This document shows positions 34,210-40,376 of a stretch of DNA of 40,376 bases, one piece after another. Numbering within the stretch: the first letter of the stretch is position 1; each line of letters begins with the position of its first letter. The notes under the pieces are model-generated. The model was given only the letters and a program-made list of their open reading frames with translations, was not told the DNA's origin and made no database searches. Both the position numbers and the translations under genes were made by a program. The stretch covers positions 1-40,376 of the IMG/VR virus record IMGVR_UViG_3300022858_000918. One strand, given 5' to 3'. Origin of the DNA: a virus. Lineage: Duplodnaviria; Caudoviricetes.

Positions 34210-35193
34210 TTACGCTGCTTGTCCTGTAACTACTGAGTGACATCTACGTTTGTCCACCCATACTTGTCCACGTTGTACGATCTGTGTAACCATATCTTCG
34301 TATTGGTTAGGAATTCTCTTCCAAGGTCCCATAACCATGTTAACAGAAGGGTCTATGGAAAAACCAAGATGCCTACGGTCTAACATGTAAGTATAACCAG
34401 TGGTACATAAAGGACTCCAAATCCATATTCTTCCTTTAAAAGTTATATGGTCTAAGCCTAAATCCACGGCTTCCTTATTTACAACTTGTACTCTCTCCAG
34501 AGCTTCTGCTTCGCCTAGTTCATGAGTTGTTTGGTCACTAACTAATAGGTCAATATGTCCCCAACGCTGTGCGGTATTCATTGCATTAGTAAGATCGCTT
34601 TCACCGTATACCGAGAAGGCTCCACTTGAAGTCTTCTGTTGGTTACGCCAGTAATAATTCCCAGATTCATCTACTGCGGTACTCTGGTTAATACCATGGA
34701 TAACTGTGCTTGTGCTAGGTGCAGCGTCTACTAGATAAGGTAAGCCATTGTAGTCATCTACGGTTGCTCCACCTGTATCTTCCCATAGGGCATTCTCAAC
34801 TTTTTCTTGTAATGTATCCCGTACGGTATCCAACTTCGCTGTCATCTGTTTAATGTGCCTAGTGATACTCCCACCATTAGTCTTATCATCTACCCAATAC
34901 CTTACAACCTGGTCACCCAAGTTTTTCCAGTAGTCATAGACGATAGTTAATGGATCGAAATCAGTAATGGTAAATGTCGCACCCTTTCCAAAGAACTTGG
35001 AAGTAGTGGTTTTTTTAACCCTCAATGGGATTTCAAGTCTACGTCCATCCGTAGCCTCATATTTAATCATCCCTTTGCTCTTCATAAGGAGCAAAAGTTT
35101 ATTCTCTTCTATAACCTGGTCAACCGTAGTAGGTCTACGCTTTGCCCAAGTAGTAGTGTACAGTGTATTTAGATATTCTGTCAATGTTGCCAT
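34210..35193 (-). CDS. Major capsid protein (HK97 fold)
   Basis: 327 aa after scaffold; DQV...N.LL, YNGL, GIN.S...YWRNQ, G.D.ITFKG pattern. Confidence 0.85.
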   Translation of the reverse strand: MATLTEYLNTLYTTTWAKRRPTTVDQVIEENKLLLLMKSKGMIKYEATDGRRLEIPLRVKKTTTSKFFGKGATFTITDFDPLTIVYDYWKNLGDQVVRYWVDDKTNGGSITRHIKQMTAKLDTVRDTLQEKVENALWEDTGGATVDDYNGLPYLVDAAPSTSTVIHGINQSTAVDESGNYYWRNQQKTSSGAFSVYGESDLTNAMNTAQRWGHIDLLVSDQTTHELGEAEALERVQVVNKEAVDLGLDHITFKGRIWIWSPLCTTGYTYMLDRRHLGFSIDPSVNMVMGPWKRIPNQYEDMVTQIVQRGQVWVDKRRCHSVVTGQAA

Positions 35194-35227
35194 GATAAAC
35201 TCCTTCTATTTTTAAGAAGGAAAAACT

Positions 35228-35890
35228 TTATGCACTAGGTAAAGGTCCAAGCTTCTCAGCTGTTTCTTCTGCAGCTTCATGAGCAGCAGCGTCTCCATCA
35301 ATCTTTTCATTAGATGTATATGTGCCTGAATCTTGTCCAGGTTTTAATCCACCACTCATGGAATTAAGCTTTATCTTTTCCTCTGCAGTGGGTTCTTCTT
35401 GTAGAGACTTAACATACTTTTTAGCTCCGTCGTAAAGTTCCTGGAGATTCATATCTTTGTTTTCAGCCTTAAGGGATAATCCATACATAGCAGGTCTAAA
35501 CTTTTCATAATCTGTATGAGTTATAGAAAAACGTGCAATTTCGCGTTGCCTAGCTGATTCAGTTTGAGTCTTTCTAGTAATCTTATCCTTTTCTATAGTT
35601 TGATTGATTTGGTCTAATGCAGTCTTAGTTGCAAGCTCAAAGATTTCTTTCTTAGACATTTTCTCAAACTTCTCATCAGGAATAGCTTCTTCCTTTTTAA
35701 TTTCCACATTAGGTTTATCCTTCTTATCTAGAAAATCCATATAATCCTGACTAAAGATTTCAGCTCTTGCATCGTCTAAATCCTTCTGATATTTGTCCCT
35801 CTCTCCAGAAACTTTATCAAAGTCTACCTTTGATATTGTTTCTCCTTCATTTTTACTCTCATCGCCCTTTTTTATATCATCATTTTCCAT
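35228..35890 (-). CDS. Scaffolding protein
   Basis: Highly charged helical protein directly before the capsid gene. Confidence 0.7.
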   Translation of the reverse strand: MENDDIKKGDESKNEGETISKVDFDKVSGERDKYQKDLDDARAEIFSQDYMDFLDKKDKPNVEIKKEEAIPDEKFEKMSKKEIFELATKTALDQINQTIEKDKITRKTQTESARQREIARFSITHTDYEKFRPAMYGLSLKAENKDMNLQELYDGAKKYVKSLQEEPTAEEKIKLNSMSGGLKPGQDSGTYTSNEKIDGDAAAHEAAEETAEKLGPLPSA

Positions 35891-36188
35891 CGCCTATACC
35901 TCCTTCAGGTTTTTCTGCTTTCGCAGGATCGAGTTTTGGCTCAACTCGTATTTGTTTATATCGCCGTCTACGGTAAGCTTTTGATATTGCATTGAATGCA
36001 GAACGTACTAGTCTCCCTGACCATTGTCCAGTAAAGGAAACATCTGCTCTAACACCAGGTGCAAACGTTAGGAATAACGTTTTAGTTTCCATCGCCCTAT
36101 CAATAGGACTGCCACTTAGTTCTTGACTAAGCTCCCTCGCAGTATGTGTTTGTTCCACCACTTTGTCTGTGGATGCGTTATCACTCAT
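35880..36188 (-). CDS. Hypothetical protein
   Basis: AGGAGG SD; head module. Confidence 0.65.
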   Translation of the reverse strand: MSDNASTDKVVEQTHTARELSQELSGSPIDRAMETKTLFLTFAPGVRADVSFTGQWSGRLVRSAFNAISKAYRRRRYKQIRVEPKLDPAKAEKPEGGIGDGK

Positions 36189-36198
36189 AAAATCCTCC

Positions 36199-36444
36199 TT
36201 ATCTTAGATTCTTCTTTATGGGTACTTTTACATCATCACCCATTATAAGACCTCGTTTATTCAGCTCTCTTTTAAACTCATCTTTATCTTTACAGAATAC
36301 AGGGTCTTCACCTAATCCAAAGTGCCAACCATGATATCCTTTATTTGCATTTCTCCTTTCAATGTTTCTTCCTCTTAATTCCCTGACTTTCTTATTCTTA
36401 GCTAGGTAATTATCATATTCTGCATCAGCTAAGTCCTTTCTCAT
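36199..36444 (-). CDS. Hypothetical protein after portal
   Basis: AGGAGG SD; head module. Confidence 0.65.
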   Translation of the reverse strand: MRKDLADAEYDNYLAKNKKVRELRGRNIERRNANKGYHGWHFGLGEDPVFCKDKDEFKRELNKRGLIMGDDVKVPIKKNLR

Positions 36445-36452
36445 AAATCCTC

Positions 36453-38168
36453 CTATACAAATTGTGGAAAGTTTTTCATTTGAGTTCCTACGAAGTCCAT
36501 GAATTCCATGGGTTTCTCAGGACTGCGTCCTGCACCTTCTCCAGGAAAAGCTAACTTAGGATCAAGCCAATCAAACTTAGATGCAAATACCTTCATCATA
36601 TATTGCATATCAGTACCTGGGACTTTATTAGCTAATGCCATGAACTCTAACATCTCATTCCTAGTTGTTCTCTTATCTTGAGGTTGACCTTCCTCTGGGT
36701 TTATCCTATAATGATATTCACCTTTAATTTCCTTACCAGAAAATTTAACCCAGTATCTAGCACCATCTGGACCTACAACATCAATCACTCTACGAGCTGA
36801 CCAATTCGAGAATACTATTTGGTTATACGACCTAATTATCGACTCAAGATGGTCTGCTAATGCATCACGTCTTTCATCTATTCTTATCATTGAAGCAGCT
36901 CGTACAGTCTCTACCTCATGAGCAGTTCTACGTCCTGAAGGGGCTTCAAACGCACCTGCTTGATTTCTACTAAATCCCATTTCTTCTCTAGTGTCTTCTC
37001 TTACTTCCCTAGCTGCTATACTAAAGTCAGGGGGTACGTGACTTTGTAGTAATGCAACAGCTTTTCTTATATCTCCATTTAGACCTACATCTATTCCAAC
37101 AGCAGCCTTTACATCTTCATCTAGTAATTTAGAAAGCTCATCTTTATTTATCCCCTTATCATATAAGACCTTAAGTATAGCTACTCTTCTATGTTTCTTT
37201 GCCATTGTTCTTATATCATTAATTTCCTCTTGTCTGGGTTTTACTATCCTAGCATCAGGAACCCACCAAAAATGATCTGGGTCTTCATTGAACCCTAGGA
37301 CCTTTGCAGGCAAACCTTCAGTTTGTAAATAATCAAATTCATCCCGTAAGTATTTAGGATGATCCAAAGTAAGTGTAAACACCTTACCACTTCTTTGGTC
37401 ATGATACTCCCACAGTTCAACCCATTCCTCTTGGTTAATAGTAGGGAATTGTGAAGTTGGACTCTTCTCTGGAGCACCATCATGGGAACCTTCTAACTTA
37501 CTTCTATAGGGACCTTTTAAGTTCTTTGTGTTCATGAACTTAGGGTCTGCTTTACAATCTTTAAGAATTCTCATTTTTCTAAATGCAAACCAAGGTGATG
37601 TTCTCCAAGTGCTTGTTCCCCATGGGACTACAAAATCCTCAGGATTACATCTTAAGAACCAAGGCATTCCAGGCTTAACATTATTATTATATTCAATACG
37701 TTCGCCCTTTTTACTGAATGCACTTAAACCAGAATCTTGAGATTCCTCTGAGGTAATTTCAGGGTTAAAGCCATATTCACTATCATATCCTAGTATCCCT
37801 GGACCTCTACCTGAGAAGAAGCAATCCATAACACTAGATTTAAGTTCCCTTTTTAATCCAGTTTCATTTATAAGATAGTTATCTAATCTCTCAAGTAATA
37901 GTGCATGCATACCAAACCCTGGCATGGTTGGCATAACGGATACCCTAGGGTTTCTAAAATACACTTGAGGAACTATAGAACGTGCTATAGAAAACATTAT
38001 ATTAACAGGAACAATACCTTTATTCCAGAATCCACGGTACATATTTTTATATGTTTTCCAGGATTTACTTTGCCCATATAAGGTACGGTAACGAATACCC
38101 TCTCTTATACTTTCCTGCATTTGTTGCAGAGTTTTATTTACTGTACCTACACCACTACTATCCGCCAT
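36453..38168 (-). CDS. Portal protein (P22-like)
   Basis: 571 aa after terL; P..YFRNP, P.DFVVP, VELWEY.D, RRTAHEV motifs. Confidence 0.85.
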   Translation of the reverse strand: MADSSGVGTVNKTLQQMQESIREGIRYRTLYGQSKSWKTYKNMYRGFWNKGIVPVNIMFSIARSIVPQVYFRNPRVSVMPTMPGFGMHALLLERLDNYLINETGLKRELKSSVMDCFFSGRGPGILGYDSEYGFNPEITSEESQDSGLSAFSKKGERIEYNNNVKPGMPWFLRCNPEDFVVPWGTSTWRTSPWFAFRKMRILKDCKADPKFMNTKNLKGPYRSKLEGSHDGAPEKSPTSQFPTINQEEWVELWEYHDQRSGKVFTLTLDHPKYLRDEFDYLQTEGLPAKVLGFNEDPDHFWWVPDARIVKPRQEEINDIRTMAKKHRRVAILKVLYDKGINKDELSKLLDEDVKAAVGIDVGLNGDIRKAVALLQSHVPPDFSIAAREVREDTREEMGFSRNQAGAFEAPSGRRTAHEVETVRAASMIRIDERRDALADHLESIIRSYNQIVFSNWSARRVIDVVGPDGARYWVKFSGKEIKGEYHYRINPEEGQPQDKRTTRNEMLEFMALANKVPGTDMQYMMKVFASKFDWLDPKLAFPGEGAGRSPEKPMEFMDFVGTQMKNFPQFV

Positions 38169-38283
38169 GAGCCTCCTTTAATCGTTTCAGTTTTTCCTCT
38201 TTATCATTTGGAGGAGTTATACCTCTTTTTCTAAGGGATTCCCATTTCATTCTCATTATCTTTTCTCTAACTCTTTTATTCAT
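38158..38283 (-). CDS. 41-aa basic hypothetical peptide
   Basis: MNKRVREKIMRMKWESLRKRG...; AAGGA SD; fills the terL-portal gap. Confidence 0.5.
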   Translation of the reverse strand: MNKRVREKIMRMKWESLRKRGITPPNDKEEKLKRLKEAHGG

Positions 38284-38294
38284 GTTTTCCTTTT

Positions 38295-38319
38295 TATATT
38301 TTCAATTTTTGAACTTACG
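38295..38319. promoter_or_regulatory. 25-bp palindrome copy 6 (TATATTTTCAA-TTT-TTGAACTTACG)
   Basis: Read directly; overlaps the terL TAA and precedes the next SD. Confidence 0.62.
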
Positions 38320-40015
38320 AAAAACCTTGTTCCCAATCATCTGCAGCAACCGTTAATTCCGTTTGCTCTTCAGTATATGGACTATTAACTACACTTGGAT
38401 TACCAAAGTTATCTCTACCTTTTGTCTTGTCATGAGCCCAACTAAGGAAATCATCCATCTTAGTTTCATATTTAAAATTGATTGCTCTAGGTCGTACATT
38501 ATCTGAAATAATCTTTCCAGGTCGAGCTATTTGGATTTGATATGCAAGGGTATCTAATATGTCCTTCTTACACATTTTATTATTAGGAACATAATCTGTG
38601 TATTCCTCGATGAATTCCTTATGGTCTGGTTTGCAATGTAATGCAAAGTTTGATGCTAAAGGTTCTATTGCTCTTATCCTAAGTTCCTTATGTATATTAC
38701 CTTCAGGTTTTATTCCCCTAATGTTCATCCGAGGTACCTTACCCTCATCCATATATTCCCTTGCAAAATGCCCTATTGCTTTTTGATAGTATATATCCTC
38801 TATTCCAATTTTCTCTGGTTTAAATATTTTCCAATGCTTAGCCATTGTCATTATAACTTCCGAAGGGTCTAAACGACCTACATCATAATGTAATATCCAA
38901 CAATGATGTTTATCGTCCCAAGCGCAGGTAAGTACAACAGTATTGCAATCAGATTTACGCTTGGTGTCTGTCCATTCAGCCAAATCAACAGTTGTGAATA
39001 TCCTAACTGTCTTAGGAATTTCTTCACTAAATTGGTATAATTGTAGCCAGGATTTTTCAAATAACCGTTCTTCATGAGATGTTGGTGTTAATAAATATTG
39101 GGTTGCGAATATGTATGGACCTTGAGCTGCTCGTATAATCTTAAGTTGGTCTATATCATAGCATGATTCCCATTCTGGTTTACATAATTCCCAATCACCT
39201 TTTTCTTTTAGTTCATCTAGGTCAACAGCACCCCTTATGAAACGTTCATAAGATGGTTCATTTTCCCATATATAATTTATAAGGTCTTTCTTTGCCCAAC
39301 GTGTTCCTGCATTATGAATATGTGTATGTCGACCTGGAACTAACAATGATGTAACTAACTTATGCCAACCTATTGCTTTCTCTATATCATCTCTATCAGG
39401 TTGTAACTCACCCTCGCTGAAATCATCTTTCTTTGCATATATTAAATCATCTTCTATAACTATATCATAATGACGAGATACTGACGCTCCACCTATGCCT
39501 GCAGTTTCAAATGTACTCTCGGTGAAATCATCATTTCTATGGATACACGCAGATTGATTAGACCATTTAACCCTATTAAAGTTATGGGGGATAACCTCTG
39601 GGAATAACATCTGCATAACTCTATTAGATTCATAGGTCTTACGAATAAGGCTTATCATCTTTTCCGCATTGGTTATAACATACGATGCAATGAGTACCCT
39701 CATATCAGGACCAAGTTGCCAAAACTTATCTTCCCAAGCTTTAGCATAAGGGAATTCATTTTCCTCTGTCCTAGGAAGTGTTACCCATGTTGGATATGCT
39801 ATGCTACCAATCCAAGTTTTTACGAAAGAACGAGGCATCGTTGCCTGTTTTCTTTGAGATGGACTTGATAAGAAATCACAGTATTTTCCATGTAAAGAAT
39901 CAATTATATCATCAAATCCCATTACCGCTTTACAATAACAGAATAAGTTACTCAGACATTTCTGTCTTAATACTGACCTTTGTTGCTCGGTCATTTTTAC
40001 TAGGTTCAACATCAC
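38315..40015 (-). CDS. terL: Terminase large subunit
   Basis: Walker A-like PRSFVKT, Walker B IVIEDD, GTRW, FATQY; RNase H-like TVDLA, GIE, DILD. Confidence 0.92.
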   Translation of the reverse strand: MMLNLVKMTEQQRSVLRQKCLSNLFCYCKAVMGFDDIIDSLHGKYCDFLSSPSQRKQATMPRSFVKTWIGSIAYPTWVTLPRTEENEFPYAKAWEDKFWQLGPDMRVLIASYVITNAEKMISLIRKTYESNRVMQMLFPEVIPHNFNRVKWSNQSACIHRNDDFTESTFETAGIGGASVSRHYDIVIEDDLIYAKKDDFSEGELQPDRDDIEKAIGWHKLVTSLLVPGRHTHIHNAGTRWAKKDLINYIWENEPSYERFIRGAVDLDELKEKGDWELCKPEWESCYDIDQLKIIRAAQGPYIFATQYLLTPTSHEERLFEKSWLQLYQFSEEIPKTVRIFTTVDLAEWTDTKRKSDCNTVVLTCAWDDKHHCWILHYDVGRLDPSEVIMTMAKHWKIFKPEKIGIEDIYYQKAIGHFAREYMDEGKVPRMNIRGIKPEGNIHKELRIRAIEPLASNFALHCKPDHKEFIEEYTDYVPNNKMCKKDILDTLAYQIQIARPGKIISDNVRPRAINFKYETKMDDFLSWAHDKTKGRDNFGNPSVVNSPYTEEQTELTVAADDWEQGFS

Positions 40016-40376
40016 CTGCTCCTAAGTTTGGATATTTCTCCGCCCCTGTTCGTGTATCATAGGCTAATACTTCCTCAAATCTATCAGCCATTTTTTCAGT
40101 AACCTCTATAGAAATTTTAGTTTTTTCCGTATGGGCTTTATACCCAGCTCTATCTAATACACTATCAGCGGTGACTTTTTTTACTGATTCTGAATTTCCT
40201 GTTCTAAGTATATTCTCATAGGTTTCAACAGCACGTAAAGCTAGGGATTTAAGTTTAGCTTCTACAGGGTCACCTTCAGCAACAGATGTACTTTTCTTAT
40301 CTATTGTTTGAGATTGTAGCTCAACCATTTTTCTTTGTCGTTCATCTGTAAACATAGGACTATTTCTAATAACGGA
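39948..40376 (-). CDS. terS: Terminase small subunit (probably 5'-truncated by the window)
   Basis: Upstream of and overlapping terL; A.SVLDRAG motif; frame stays open to the window edge (SVIRNSPMF). Confidence 0.6.
   Translation of the reverse strand, partial: SVIRNSPMFTDERQRKMVELQSQTIDKKSTSVAEGDPVEAKLKSLALRAVETYENILRTGNSESVKKVTADSVLDRAGYKAHTEKTKISIEVTEKMADRFEEVLAYDTRTGAEKYPNLGAGDVEPSKNDRATKVSIKTEMSE

Larger units (their letters stand above)
1..40376. mobile_element. Tailed dsDNA bacteriophage genome segment, podovirus-like, incomplete at both edges
   Basis: Terminase-portal-scaffold-capsid-tail-ejection operon on -, replication genes on +; dense ATGA/TAATG gene coupling; no host housekeeping genes or integrase seen. 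Confidence 0.95.

Noticed and set aside
1-40376. Stop-codon reassignment, introns or inteins
   Set aside because: Core genes are full length in the standard code, all three stops are used, and no interruptions are seen in terL or the polymerase

Overview
The window is most of the genome of an AT-rich tailed dsDNA phage with a podovirus-like layout (no tape measure or tail-tube gene seen), cut at both edges, using the standard genetic code. Two convergent arms meet at 14107-14112. The + arm (1-14112) holds many small ORFs and an enzyme cluster: two radical SAM proteins, a trimmed TPP-dependent E1alpha/E1beta pair and a DUF6165-like protein. It also holds a recombination module (Cas4-like nuclease, Sak4-like ATPase, DUF669-like SSB), a ParB-DNA methyltransferase fusion, a UDG-family A DNA polymerase fusion and a DUF3987-like helicase. 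The - arm (40376 to 14107) runs terS, terL, portal, scaffold, major capsid, decoration protein, GT-A glycosyltransferase, lysozyme-like protein, adaptor, many small tail proteins, a DUF1566/Lcl protein, nozzle, three ejection proteins, a PurD-like ATP-grasp ligase, an unannotated Gly/Lys-rich peptide and DUF1353. Most notable: (1) a candidate pathway for making a branched sugar and glycosylating the virion or DNA; (2) an ATP-grasp ligase followed by a 50-aa basic Gly-rich peptide hidden under a mis-called ORF; (3) an orphan DGR-type variable region with no RT or TR in view; (4) six copies of a 25-bp palindrome, five of them just upstream of ribosome-binding sites; (5) two ~110-nt candidate structured RNAs sharing junction motifs; (6) His at polymerase position 762. 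All family assignments come from motif recognition by eye, not from database searches.
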